This document shows positions 1 through 19,834 of a DNA stretch of 64,000 bases, piece after piece. The notes under the pieces are model-generated. The model saw only the letters and a program-made list of their open reading frames with translations. It had not been told where the DNA came from and did not search any database. The position numbers and the translations under genes are program-made. Within the stretch, counting starts at the first letter, position 1. Every line of letters begins with the position of its first letter. The DNA comes from the human T2T-CHM13v2.0 reference genome, Homo sapiens: NCBI RefSeq assembly GCF_009914755.1, contig NC_060941.1; one strand, given 5' to 3'.

Positions 1-157
1 TGCCTTTGCTCAAATCTGCAAAGTGCCATCTCCTTCAACAGTTCTGCATGGTTCTTCCCACTACTACTTCATATTCTCATAATACGCGTAGATACTAGAA
101 AGAAGGTACTATGTGTATTCCTGGGGGGAAAAAAAAAGGAGATCTTTCACTAACTAA

Positions 158-463
<306 letters not shown>

Positions 464-792
464 TGACTATTATTTTTAAGGGTTGGGATGCCTTAAAGGT
501 ACTTTTTTCATAAGAAACACACAAACTACATTATCTGAATTCTGGCCATGTACAGGAAGACATTCTTAAAATATTTTAAAAGCCTCTGATTTTAAGGTGA
601 ACAGAACCTTTTAAAGGCACTGCAAGTACCCGCTGGTTTACTGCTTTATGTACACACCCTTCGTGGCCACTGAAGATTCTACATGACTGGCTAACTCATT
701 TTCACAAAATAAGTACCTTTTTGGTCATACCGTGGTGTTAAAAGAAATAGGATCCCAGGAAGGAGGTAGTGAGACATTAAAAACAAAAAATA

Positions 793-987
793 GGGTGCGG
801 GTGGAGGGAGAGAGAGCATCAGGAAGAATACCTAATGGATGCTGGGCTTAATACCTGGGTGATGGGATGCTGTGTGGAGTAAACCACCATGGCACACGTT
901 TACCTATGTAATACATCTGCAAATCCAAATCCTGCACATGTACGCCTGAATTTAAAATAAAAGTTGAAAGAAAGAAAAAAAAAAAAG
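793..987 (+). mobile_element. L1 (L1PA/PB-type) 3' end with poly(A)
   Basis: gggcttaatacctgggtgatggg...ggcacacgtttacctatgtaa...aataaaa. Confidence 0.8.
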
Positions 988-1791
988 CAAGAGATCTAGT
1001 TGATAGTCTGTTTTACTAATGATTCACTGGGTAACCCTGGATCAGTCTTCTTAACTCGAAGTGAAGCGCCCAGTAAATAAACTCCCAAAATGCCTTCCAA
1101 GGAAAATATTTTGTTGCCAAATCAATTTGCTCTCTTAATGACTTAGCAGACATGATCTTGGTGATTATATGAAGAACTGCATAATTACAAGTATTCACAG
1201 GAAACCTGGTATTTGCCTATCAGTTTCGGATCCTATGAAGGTTTAAATGAGTCTAATATATGGTTCTTTAAGGATCTACAAACCAGTATGTATTTTAGAA
1301 AAGCTAGTTTTTGCATGAGGAGGATAGGTTTTAGAATGTGAGCCTTTCCAGCATGTTACTACTGTCTTTCCACACTTATTCGGCGCCCACACTGAATTGG
1401 GAAGGTGCTGTGTAAAAACCTGGACAGGACAATACAAAAAATGGTTTTCAGCGCCACTCCTCCTATCCTTACATCTCTTTTCTCTCCAAACTGTTCGAGA
1501 ATCTGATAGATCTCCAGAGTAGCGTCAATCAACTGCACAAAGGTCTGCATTACAACATACAGAGAGAGACATATGGGCTTGTCCAGCTCTTCAGAGCAAG
1601 GACGGCCTGATGCAGACTTTCCAGACCTCTAACATAGGTTAAAGAGAAACGAAGCAAACGCCTGGTGAAAAGCTGGAAACACCTCATATGGGTCCCCGCC
1701 TGGCCTCTCCAAAGCAAATGCCCACCTCTTCCTTCAGTCCCCTGGGGGCGACCGCCCTGCCCCACCCCCGCAGTCGCCTGCCGGCCCTGAC

Positions 1792-2145
1792 CTCCTCGAA
1801 CTGCTCGCTAGAGCAGCCGGCGCCGCGAGCCTCCAGCAGCTCCCGGAACTGCTCCAGAGTGACAGACTCTTCGCCGCGGCCCAGCCGCTCTTCCAGCCAG
1901 CGAAACAACGCGCCGCGATGCCTCGACACCAGCGACTCGCAGGGGGGTGTGGGCAGCAACGCTGCAGCAGCCTCTCGCAGCCTGGCCGGCTCCAGCAGCG
2001 CCGCGGCGGGTGGTAGCGCTGGAGCCGCGACGCCCGGGCCGGGGGTCGTGCCCGAGGCCGCGGCCCAGTCCTGGTGTGGGCCCCAGCCCTCGCCACCGGC
2101 AGCTGCCGCTTCGTCTTCACTGCTGTGACTCGGAGCGTTCCCCAT
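1792..2145 (-). CDS. ZZEF1: ZZEF1 coding exon 1 (118 codons, MGNAPSHSSEDEAAAAGG...SSEQFEE); the rest of the gene lies left of the window
   Basis: ATG at 2145, donor GAG|gtcagg at 1791, 354 nt, phase 0; peptide recognised as the ZZEF1 N-terminus. Confidence 0.95.
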
Positions 2146-2427
2146 GGGGTCTCCGTCTTGGGCGCCTGGCTCTGCAGCCGCCGCCGCCGCCTCCCCGCCT
2201 CGACCTGTCAACCTCCGACAGCAGCCGGCGGGCGGGGACGCGGAGGAGACGACGGCGGCCCCTGCGGCTTCCGGCTTCCTGGCCGTCAAGCGACGACCGC
2301 TGTCGCAAAGGCGCCGTCACGTAGATAGGCGGCCTCTACCAACTCACGACAGCTAGGCGGGGAGCGCCGCCTCAAAGGGTGCAACCTTGATTTCCCAGAG
2401 GACGAGTCTGTCTCAGTATCTACGTCA

Positions 2428-2793
<366 letters not shown>

Positions 2794-3004
2794 GTACCTG
2801 GAAAAAGTCGCAGACAGCGAGCTTTTCGCCAGTGCCAGGAATACAGATAAAACGAGAGAGACTAAGGGAGGGAGCGCGAGCACCAGCGCGCGAGAGAGAG
2901 AGCGAGAGCGCGCGCGCCGATGACGTCACGCTCGGCGTCTCGGCCATCTTAGCTGTAGATAGAGGCGGCAACCTCGGAAGTGCGGAGCGGGTGGGCCTAT
3001 ATAG

Positions 3005-3254
3005 ATGTTGAGGTGCGGAGGCCGTGGGCTTTTGTTGGGCCTGGCTGTAGCCGCAGCAGCGGTAATGGCAGCACGGCTTATGGGCTGGTGGGGTCCCCGC
3101 GCTGGCTTTCGCCTTTTCATACCGGAGGAGCTGTCTCGCTACCGCGGCGGCCCAGGGGACCCGGGCCTGTACTTGGCGTTGCTCGGCCGTGTCTACGATG
3201 TGTCCTCCGGCCGGAGGCACTACGAGCCTGGGTCCCACTATAGCGGCTTCGCAG
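3005..3254 (+). CDS. CYB5D2: CYB5D2 (neuferricin) exon 1: hydrophobic signal/anchor and start of the cytochrome b5-like MAPR heme-binding domain
   Basis: [20 protein letters not shown]...[29 protein letters not shown]; donor G|gtatca; 250 nt. Confidence 0.96.
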
Positions 3255-4042
3255 GTATCAGCGAGGCTGCTCACGCCTTTCTCTCCGCTGGCGCGAGCCA
3301 GTAGCCACCTGCGCGTCGTTCGTTGGTTCATTATTCATCTATTTCCCCCCCCATCCCCACCCCACATCCATCAAACCCGTGCGGTGGGCGGGACGAGCTG
3401 CATGCACTATCCTTCTAGGCTCTCTGGCTCTGGCGGGACTGTGGGCCAGCTCTGTCATTCACCACCGCCCTGCGTGACTTACATTGGAGAAACATGTCTT
3501 CTGTCTCTTGTTACCCATTACCCAGCGTCGGAAGCCCTAGGATACGGGCTGTGTGCCGGACTTTTGTGGGGGTCTTAGGGCACAGATAAATGAGATCCCG
3601 CCCCGCCCCTACCCTCACAGTTTCCTTAATAATTCCAACCATCTCTTCATTATGCCCTGGTCCCAAATAATCTTTCTTCCCCCCACCCCTAAGCGTAGTG
3701 TTTTCAAGGTTCATCCATGGTTTATGAGCATGCATCAATACTTTATTCCTTTATGGCCCGTCATATAGTACATTTGGTCTGAGTCATTCCTGCTTCTAGT
3801 ACAAGATGCACCTGTTTGCCTTCCTTAGAAGGTTAGGGCAGAGGAAAGGGGTCCAGTCACCTTTACAGTCCTTGATACGTAGACCAAAGTTGTGCATATG
3901 TTAGGCCTCAAGAAACATTTGTCAAATTAAGTTTATGCTGGTGTCCCTGTGTTACAGCTGAGGGGGTTAAAGGATGCGATTTGCCTGAAACCCTCACACC
4001 TGAATACTGACAGAATATGGACTCGGACCACCAGCCTAGTGC

Positions 4043-4333
<291 letters not shown>

Positions 4334-5031
4334 AGCCTAGTGCTTTTTTACAGATGTTGCCTTGCCAGCCAGCGGGACTGACCTCCAAAATTTAAAAAGA
4401 AAAAAAAAGTGCAGGGCAAGCCTAAGATCAGCTACTAGGCTGACATTAAATAAGCATTTTCCACTTGTCATTATCTTAGGGGAATTGGGAAGCTGCCTCT
4501 AGCACTTAAAATACAAGCCACTTCCCTCTGTCTAGGAAGTACTAAAGAAATACAAAAGTTGACAGAAAAGGAATGAAGTCCAGTTGGTCTCGCAAATCCC
4601 CTGAGATAGTCCAGCAGGGGAAGGGACTTACTCAGGGGTACACAGTGAGTTAGAAGCAGAGCTGGGACTGGAATCAAGGTGTTTTGTCGCTGCTAGTTGA
4701 AGGCAGTTTTCGTTGCGCTGCCCTGCTGCGTGCTGTGGGAGCTGTCGTTGGATGTTTGCACAAGTGTGGGCATAAAACCTTCGATGTCTGGAGTGCTTTT
4801 TATTTTTCAGTGTGCTCTGCTGTTTACTGAGCTCCCGTGTTCTGGTATTCATTGACCATCTTTATTTACCACTACCTACCTTGTGTCAGGGGCTGTGGAA
4901 TCCAAGATGTCTGCAACATGCTCCCCACCGCCCACACAGTCTAGTTGGGAAGCAGTTATGTCCACGTATTCGTTCATTCAGTATTTTATTTTTCATTGAG
5001 ATGTAATTCACGTGATGTAAAGTCCTTTTAA

Positions 5032-5937
<906 letters not shown>

Positions 5938-6344
5938 CGGTGGGTTTTTTTTTTTTAATATAGCCAGAAATTTGTAAAAATGTCACCACTAACTCTAGAA
6001 CATTCTTCTCACCCCAGAAAGAAACTTCTTATCTATTAGCAGTCACTCCTTATTCCTTCCTTTGCCAACCACTATCTACTTTCTTTTCCTGTTGATTGGC
6101 CTATTGTGGGCATTTCATGGAGTCATACGTGTGGCCTTTTGTGTCTGGCTTCTTTCACCTAGCATCATGTTTTAAGGGTTCATCCATGGTGTACCAGCAT
6201 GTAGCAGTGCATTATTCCTTTATGGCTGAAAATATTCTATAGATACTATAATTCTAATAATATGGATATACCACATTTTATCTATCAGTTGATGGATTTT
6301 TGGTTTCTTTCTACTTTTTTTGCCTGTTATAAATAATGCTACTA

Positions 6345-9269
<2,925 letters not shown>

Positions 9270-9840
9270 GTAAGTCGTCCATAGGTCATACATTTCATTT
9301 GGTTGTCTGCAGTGTTTTTAGGGGGCTGAGATTTTTTAGGGATTGGGTTCAAGCTTAAAATCTGAAAAACAGCCATGGATTTGTTTTACTTTAAATTCTG
9401 GTCGTTAGAATAGGGATGAGCCGCCCAGAAGGAGATGGATGGGCACCTGCTTCCCCCACTCTTAGTCTTGGGAGAGGATTACTAAGCTGCTTGCTTTGGC
9501 CTCAGTTTCGCCATAGCCAGTGGTTGCTTGCACCATCCTTGAACAACCAGCTCCAGAAGGGCAGCTTCCCTGTCTCACTGTGTTCGATGCATCTGGCTTC
9601 AGCACACAGCCAGAAGGGCTTGAAGCCTGAATTTGTGTTTCGACAAATCCCCTTTTATTTGGTCCTCTAGGAGGAGACAAACTTCGTGAGTGAGCTGTCT
9701 CCCAGGTGGTAGTTATGCTAATCAAACCACTGTGTAGGTTACTGCACTTGCTACTTACTGATGCTACATAAGGGACTTGCTTCTCAAATGAGACAACACC
9801 AAACTGTGTCCTAAAGCAGTGTTAAAGACTCTAAACACTA

Positions 9841-11260
<1,420 letters not shown>

Positions 11261-12006
11261 AACAGAGTCCTGTAAATGGGCAAAGAATGCCAGGCCAAAT
11301 ACTTCATACTAAGATTTGGGAGCACACTGGAAGTGTTCGGATGCGTTTGGTGTGACAAGTGAACTGGTCTTGTTTGAATGATGTATAATGTGTTGAGGAT
11401 GGGGTGGGGCATGTGGCGGGAAATGCCTCAGAAGGATTTTAGTTGATGTCAGGATCTTATTGAATACCTACTACTCATAAGTTACGGGTTCCATCCTCAG
11501 GGGGACCAGGGATGAATTGAGTCCAGTTCCTGCCCCTGTTAGCTCATTCTGTAGGATAGGGGCCATGTTAGGCTCTTTCAGGTTACCAGAAACCCTCAGG
11601 ATACATCAGTGGATGAAGGTTTATTGTAAGGGTACATACTGAAGTGAGGACAGCCAGGAAGCCATCTTGGCAGCCAACATGGCCAGGCCTCAAGGGAAAA
11701 GAAGATGGCCTTGGTTATGCTGTGGATACAGGATTGGCTTGGAGATGCAGCCACTGGTGATCACCATTCTCATGACACAGATTCTAGAACTCTTCCTCTG
11801 TTGCCTCTGCTACTACTGTCCTCTCTTTGGGTCTCATGTCAGAAACTCACCAAAGACAGGCTTGTCACCATATAACACAGACACCCCAACCCCCGTAGTG
11901 GGAAATTCTGTGCCAGGCCAACTCATAGACTGCAGGCCTGTGACTCGGGCCCTGATTCCTTTCTTTATTCATCTAATAAGTATTTAAAACGAATGCTCTA
12001 TGCTAA

Positions 12007-12315
<309 letters not shown>

Positions 12316-13911
12316 CTAAGCTGTTCTGAGTACTGCGCCTCACTAGTAGAGAGAGCCATCATAGACAAGTAAACAGATTGAACAACTCCACATAGGACCA
12401 TGCATCAAACTGTGATGTAATACGTTTGGGAGCTTTGGCTCCTTTAGAGCACATGCTCAGGAGTGGCTTCTTGGAGAAAATGACCGTTAAGCTGAGACCG
12501 GCAGGTGAGTGGGAGGCAGCCACACCGAGACCTGAGGAGAGTGTGCTGAGTCAGGGAAGAGCGGTGCGAAGGTGGGGAGTGGGGAAGCACAGCCAAGACA
12601 CAGAAAGGAAGCCAGTGTGCTGGAGCCCCCCGTGAACGAGGGGGGACGTAGCTTGTAAGAGGCTGAAGAAGCAAATCAGTTAAATGGTTACAGGGCCTTA
12701 GAGGCCTTGATAAGAAATTTGCATTTTTGTCTGCTTTAAGAAGCCATTGAAGGGTTTTAATCAGGCGTCAGAGAGCCATGGTAGGATTCATGTTTTTAAA
12801 AGATCCCCTAGTTGTTTTATGGACAGAGAACTCTAGGAGGGCATGAGCTGACCAGAGAGCAGTTAGGAGGCCACTGCCACAGTCCGTGGTTTGGAGGAGG
12901 GTGATGGCAGTGGGAATGGAAAGGAGTGAACAGAATCAGGATCTGTTCAGAGGTAGGACTGACGAGGTTTTCTGATGGATCCGATCAGACAGCAAGGAAG
13001 GGAGTATGATGTGGATGTAGAGGAGGAGGAGTCAGGCTCCTAATCCAGGTCACAGGCTAGAGGCAACACGGATTTGGGAAAGTCAGGGAGGGCGTTGGAC
13101 TTGGGAGACGAGCTGAATCTCAGATGCGCTGAACATACGCGCCACTAGAATCGAAGGTAAAGCTAGTTCTTAGGGGTTGCTCCCTCTTCGGTCGCACCTC
13201 CCTCAAGTGCTTCCTTTCTGCTTCTCTTGCCTTGTGGCAGGTGCTGCCTCTGAAGGGCATTTGCACCTCAGGACTGGGCTACATTAGGACCCTGGGCTGA
13301 GAGAACTGACCTGTTTTTCCTTCTGGCCTATAGGCTGGTGGACCACTTGCTGGCTGCTGCCATAGCTTAGACTTTTACAAATTCTGACAGGCATTTTAAA
13401 GCCGGGCACAGTGTGACTTACACCTGTACCCCCATCTACTCAACAAGCTGAGGTGGGAGGATTGCTTGAGTCCAGAAGTTCAAGACTAGCCTGGTCAACA
13501 GAGTGAGACCCCATCTCTATTATAATAAACATTTAAAAAATGTTAGCCAATAAGCCATTCATTCATCAAACATTAATTGAATACCCAGCGTGTGCTCCAA
13601 GCACATGGAAGCATGGAGAAATGAATCACACATGGCTGTGCCCTCAGGGAAGCCTTGTCTGGAAGTGAGAGAGGTTTGATGGTTTCTGTGCTGAAGGGCT
13701 CTGCAGCTAGAAGAGGGATGCAGCTGTGTGGGGGCTTGTAGGGTGCTAAGAGGTTGGTGTGCAAGGCACCAGGAGTGCCTGCAGTAGAAGTTCTTATTAA
13801 ACGCGCACCAGCAGGACTGAAGTCAGAAACCCTGGGAACTTGTGCCTTCCCACACCTGCCTCAGCAGCTGAGTATTCACTCTCACTCACATCTGCCTTCC
13901 TGTCATCACAG

Positions 13912-14098
13912 GGAGGGTGACAGGACGGTTCTACGGAGAGGATGGGCTGCCCACCCCGGCACTGACCCAGGTAGAAGCTGCGATCACCAGAGGCTTGGAG
14001 GCCAACAAACTACAGCTGCAAGAGAAGCAGACATTCCCGCCGTGCAACGCGGAGTGGAGCTCAGCCAGGGGCAGCCGGCTCTGGTGCTCCCAGAAGAG
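13912..14098 (+). CDS. CYB5D2: CYB5D2 exon 3
   Basis: cacag|GG acceptor; [11 protein letters not shown]...FPPCNAEWS...LWCSQK; donor AG|gtaagc; 187 nt. Confidence 0.95.
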
Positions 14099-16103
14099 GT
14101 AAGCAGGCTCCCCTTCTTCTCCTTTCTGCCTGTCCCAAATCCAACTCCTAGGCCATCCTGCCTGCAGTATTCAGTGAATTCAGGAATTGATTGTTAACCC
14201 TGGGGAGCTTTTTCAAAATACTGATAATAATTCTCAACTTTGGCTGCATATTAGATCTTCTGGGGAATTGCCGAAATTACGGATGGTCAGACCTCACTCC
14301 ACTCAACTGAATGGGTTGAGACTTGGACTTGAGGCCTGGGCATCTTTTTATTTTTTCCGAATTCTCCAAAGATCCTGCTGACACAACCTTGACCCGGGAA
14401 TGAGAAGGCACAAGCAGGATTTCTTGCTTTCTTTGGCCTGCTCAGCCACCCACGGGCTTTGGTTTCCTGTTTGACAGCACAAATCATGCCTATCTATAGG
14501 AGAGGGACGAGGAGGTGGGGAGGGTACCTGCAGTGATGGCTTCAACTGCTGTCTTAAAAACAGGTGAGGCGGGCATGGTGGCTTGTGGGCCACACCTGTG
14601 GTCCTGGCTACTTGGGAGACTGAGGCAGGCAGGTCGCTTGAGCTCAGGAGTTGGAGTCCAGCCTGGGCAACATAACAAAAAAACAGTAACAAACAAAAAA
14701 AACCACTGCAAATTCGGAGTTCTCAGCCTTAAATGAGCGGAGCAAGGGCAAAGGTAGCAGGAAGGAAAGCTCCTTCTTTCCTGGCCGCTAGCTTTGAAGA
14801 GACAGCTTCTCCAGTGTCATCTCAAGAAAGAGGGGACTGTGAGAACCTGGCCTGCTCACTTTATGGAGAGAAGCTAAGATAGGCGTGGGCCTTCCTGTGA
14901 CACAGGCCTGAATGCAGGTAGCCTCAGAGAGCACTGGTCTCTGAGACTCCAGGAGGAGGAGACTCCAGGAGGCCTGCGTGCGTTCAGATGCTTGACTTTG
15001 CTTCCTTGGGCCCTGCCTCCTTTTCCCTCCCCACAGCCTTCCCCTGTGTCTCCTGAACCTCTTCTTGCTTTCATGACTGAGTAGTTCAGGCTCTGCCTTC
15101 CCCACAAAACCCTTCCAGGGCCACCCTAGTGAACTGCGGGGCCCTATCCCTGTGCCTCAGCTCAGTTTGTTGTCTTCTGTTCACCTGTGTGTGTCCCATT
15201 AGACTGAGAGGAACAAGTGCCGAAGGCAGGGACAAGGTGTGGAGTACAGATCCCCAATGATGGGATGGAGGCTGGGTGGAAGAGGGAGGCGTTTGGGTGA
15301 CAGCCTTGTTCTTGGTAAGCTAGAAGTAGGATGTTTTCTCGCTGGGGGCAGTTTCTCTGACAGCAGGCACCGGAAGCTGTCTGAGGCGTCAGTTCCAAGA
15401 ACCTCAGTTTCTTTCTTGCAAGGCCTCTGAGTTCATCAGAGACTGAGCCCAGTGCCCTGAGGTGGGCAAGGCCCCTGCCCAAGATAGGAGGGTGCTCAGG
15501 TTGTTGGGCCACAGCTGAATCCTCCGTGTCTGAAGCCTAGTGCCATCAAGGACTGGACCTGTGGGGCACAGGACAGCTTGCAGCTACACTCTATGCCAAG
15601 GGCTTCCCAGAGAAGGCCGACCCAGGTGGCCAAGGGCCAGGGCCCAATTGCCCACCCCCAGCCAAGTGCCCCAGAGAAGAAGGTGAAGACCCTGACCTGC
15701 GCTGGGTTGTAGTGGGGAAGGAAGAGGACAGTCGCACCCAGACACTGCTTCTGAGAAGCTCACAGGCCAGCAGGGGAAGCCCTTTCACAGCTGTTGCCAC
15801 CAGTGCAGGAACGTGGTGCTGCCTCCTAAGAAGGGGCAGGGCAGGGGCTGGGGAGCACAGTGAAAGGAACCATGGACTGTGCCCTTGGCCTGGGGAAGGT
15901 GGTGGTGGCCCTGCAGGGGAAGCTGGAGGATGTTAGGAGAGAGCATGAAGGCTCAGGGGCTGAGCGCTGTAGCCTGCTGCCTTGGGAAACACTCTGGTAG
16001 GCTTCTACTTTTCAGAAGGCCTGGCTCTCTGCTTCCTGCTCTCCCCTTCCCAGAGACTCATGAGTTCTCACATTTAAGAAGTCCTCTTTCCGTCTATCCT
16101 TAG

Positions 16104-16320
16104 TGGAGGTGTGAGCAGAGACTGGATTGGCGTCCCCAGGAAGCTGTATAAGCCAGGTGCTAAGGAGCCCCGCTGCGTGTGTGTGAGAACCACCGGCCCC
16201 CCTAGTGGCCAGATGCCGGACAACCCTCCACACAGAAATCGTGGGGACCTGGACCACCCAAACTTGGCAGAGTACACAGGCTGCCCACCGCTAGCCATCA
16301 CATGCTCCTTTCCACTCTAA
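16104..16320 (+). CDS. CYB5D2: CYB5D2 exon 4 (last coding exon)
   Basis: ccttag|T acceptor; [15 protein letters not shown]...CSFPL*; total CDS 795 nt, in frame. Confidence 0.95.
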
Positions 16321-16905
16321 GCCGTAGCCTCTTCTGTTAATAACACACAGAGAGCTCTGCCAAGCACCTGAGTAGGCCCTTGACACTTGTGTGCCCTGGG
16401 ATGCCTCCTGGCGCGAATCAGGAGGGTCTGGAAGGACTCTGGCTATATTCTGCAAATGTGGCTCATGCCCCTTACCGTGGCTCGGCGTTGTGGTGCCTGA
16501 GGGACAGCCGGCCACCTGCCCAGTACTGGTCAGCTTTTCAACACTATTCCCTTTGACCTACTGGCCATCTTCCTCACAGCCCTCAGATATCAACGGGCAC
16601 AAATAAGACCAACTCAATTTCCACTTGAATTTACAACCAAAAGCCTGCTGAGTTGATTACAGCTGGGCCAATACAGTACGAGGCAATAACAAATTAGTGT
16701 GGGTTGATTCTGGAATTGGAAAAGCTTTTGCTTGTATGGATACAGCAAATCCAGATGTCTCTGAACAAAGCAACAATTTAAAGCAACGACATTTTCTGTC
16801 CTTTAAGCACTTAAAATCAGGTGTGGTGTGTTTTCAAAGGCAGAAGTCTGCATTTTGAGCAAAAGGTGGCTTCCCAGCTCTAACAAGGTAACTGGTTAGC
16901 ATGAC

Positions 16906-16911
16906 ATTAAA
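16906..16911 (+). terminator. Likely CYB5D2 poly(A) signal ATTAAA
   Basis: Common variant hexamer ~590 nt after the stop, followed by GT/T-rich sequence. Confidence 0.6.
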
Positions 16912-17264
16912 GCTTGGGCAAGGCTTCAAACTTAAGGTGGCTGGGCTTGCTGCTTGTCCAGTGGTTTGTATGTCCAGCGTCATCTGGCAATGTCATACCT
17001 GTTACCTCTTGACTACTTGTGAAGGTAGATGGGGGCAAGGAGTGTTCCTACTTCAGACAGAGAAGTGGGACCAGCACTACCACAGACAGCGCCACGGCCT
17101 CTGTGCATCGCCTCATCAGAGCTTCCACCCAGCTCCCTTTGCCGCTCAGTCTCACCCTCAACATCCACCAGCTTCCTCCCTCTCTGTCACTGTCTCCTTT
17201 TTCTCCATCATTCATTTCACTGAATCGCTTTCCAGATTCACAGACTAGAAAATGGAGGCTGCCT

Positions 17265-17405
17265 CCCCTTCACTGGCAGACCCGTACTCACTGCCCCTGT
17301 CCCCTTCACTGGCAGACCCGTGCTCACTGCCCCTGTCCCCTCACTGGCAGACCCGTGCTCACTGCCCCTGTCCCCTCACTGGCAGACCCGGGCTTATTGC
17401 CCCTA
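17265..17405. repeat. 35-36 bp tandem repeat, ~4 copies
   Basis: cccc(t)tcactggcagacccgtgctcactgcccctgt repeated. Confidence 0.9.
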
Positions 17406-18200
17406 TGGCCACAGCTGTTCCTTACACTTGGGCTCTGGCTCATGGCTCCTTTTGCCTGCCCCCGCCATCCTCCTCACCTGCCCCTCTTGTACCTTTAACC
17501 TCTCCCCGTCTCCTGGATCTTCCCCCAGGTATGCATCAAACAGCTCACTTCTCTCACATCATAAACATTCCCTCAACTGCAGTTTTGGCTTATACTCACT
17601 AGCTTTGCTTTTCAGCTCCATTTGCTCTAAAAATCAGGAGAAATTCTGCATTGGCACATTCCGTGGTCACATCCAGTTCTTACCTAGGCTTTGTCACTCT
17701 GGATACTGTGGACCGTGGGGTCCTCCATGAAACCCTCGCTGGGCTTTATCCTGCTTCCCTTTTTGCCTCTGCCCATTCCTTCTTAATTGCCTTGAGAACC
17801 CCGTTTTGCCTCCACAAACCCCTTCCCATTGGCTCCTCTCACTCCAAATCCGACAGTTACTTAGACCGTCAAACCTGCACGTCTACTCCAGGCAGCTTTG
17901 CAGAGCATTTCACCTTCCCCTCCCATGCTGCTTCTAGTTCTCCAAGGGAATGGCACCACCAGCTACACGCAGAGTCAGCATCCGAGCAGCCGTCCACACT
18001 CCATCCTCCCTTCCCTCCTCCTAACCCGCCTGCAGGTCCTGGGACCTCTGCCTCCCTCATTCTCTCCCTTTCCTTCCCTCTTATCTGTCCCTAGTACTCT
18101 TCCTCTGGCCTAGGCTGTCATTTCTCACTTGGATTACTGAAGGATCCTAACTGTACTCCCTCCCTCCAATCCCTCCTCCACACTGCTGGGAGCCGTCTTT

Positions 18201-18540
18201 CTTTGTTTCTTTCTTTCTTTTTTTTTTTTGAGATGGAGTCTTGCTCTTTTGCCCAGGCTGGAGTACAGTGGCGCGATCTCGGCTCACTGCAACCTCGGTG
18301 GCACGATCTTGGCTCACTGCAACCTCCACTCCCTGGGTTCAAGCGATTCTCCTGCCTCAGCCTCCCAAGTAGCTGGGGATTACAGGCACGTGCCACTACA
18401 CCCAGCTAATTTTTGTACTCTTAGTAGAGATGGGGTTTCACTATGTTGGTCAGGCTGGTCTCGAAATCCTGACCTTGTGATCCGCCCACCTCGTCCTCCC
18501 AAAGTGCCAGGATTGCATGCGTGAGCCACCGCACCTGGCC
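18201..18540 (-). mobile_element. Alu with an internal ~30 bp duplication
   Basis: gtggcgcgatctcggctcactgcaacctc followed by gtggcacgatcttggctcactgcaacctc. Confidence 0.9.
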
Positions 18541-19000
18541 AAGCTCTTTCTTAAAGATGATCAAGGCATCCCCCATTTAAGCCTCCTCAGGGGCTCCCCT
18601 GATCTATAAGGACTGAGTGCCAGCTCCTCTGCTGCGTGCCACACGAGGCCCTTCTGTGGCCTCTCTCCTCTTAGGCCTGTACCTTTCCCATCTCCTCCCA
18701 TGTGCACCTCCTGTCCGGCCTCCCTCTCACTGCGTTATGTCTGCAGTGCCTTCACACAAGCTGTTTCTTTTGCCTGGAATGACGCTTCTTCCTCCGTTGA
18801 ATTAATCCACCCCGTATTGCTTCAATATTCAGCTCAATCGGGCCCCTCTTGGGAGCCTTCATTAACTGTTGGGCCAGCAGTGAGCTATAGACGCACTTTC
18901 CCTGCTCCATGGCTGTGCTCATATCACAGTGGGCTCTTACCATGAACTTCCTATCAACCTCTTGCACTGGACCTCAGATACTCTGAGGACAGAGCCCCAG

Positions 19001-19801
19001 TGTGATTCAGCTCCATACCCCTATATCCACATGACTCAGCTCCGTACCCCTATATCCACGACTCAGCTCCATATCCCTATATCCACAACTCAGCTCCGTA
19101 CCCCTATATTCACATGACTCAGCTCCGTACCCCTATATGCACATGACTCAGCTATGTACCCCTATATCCACATGACTGAGCTCTGTACCCCTATAATCCA
19201 CGACTGTCCGTACCCCTATATCCACATGACTCAGCGCCGTACCCCTATATCCACATGACTCAGCGCCGTACCCCTATATCCACATGACTCAGCTCTGTAC
19301 CCCTATAATCCACATGACTCAGCGCCGTACCCCTATATCCACGACTCAGCTCCGTACCCCTATATCCACATGATTCAGCTCCGTACCCCTATAATCCACA
19401 TGACTCAGCTCCGTACCCCTATATCCACGACCCAGCTCCGTACCCCTATAATCCACATGACTCAGCTCCGTACCCCTGTATCCACATGACTCAGCGCCGT
19501 ACCCCTGTATCCACGACTCGGCTCCATACCCCGATATCCACGACCCGGCTCTGTGCCCCTATATCCACAACTCGGCGCTGTACCCCTACATTCACGCGAC
19601 TCAGCTCCGTACCCCTATAATCCACTTTACTCAGTGCCGTACCCCTATAATCCACATTACTCAGCGCTGTACCCCTATATCTACATGACTCAGAGCCTTA
19701 CCCCATATCCATGTGACTCAGCTCCTCACCCCTATATCCACGTGACTCAGCACCATGCCCCTATAATCCACTTTACTCAGCGCTGTACCCCTATATCCAC
19801 C
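19001..19801. repeat. 27-30 bp minisatellite, ~28 copies
   Basis: Consensus atgactcagctccgtacccctatatccac. Confidence 0.95.
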
Positions 19802-19834
19802 GCACCTAGCGTGTGGGAAGTTCGTGCAGAGTTG

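Noticed and set aside
2174-2191. (GCC)n tract in the ZZEF1 5' leader as an expansion locus
   Set aside because: Only ~5 units, ordinary for a CpG-island UTR
19001-19801. CRISPR array or coding repeat (ORF 19553-20011)
   Set aside because: No spacers; unit lengths vary out of frame; the ORF runs into an Alu
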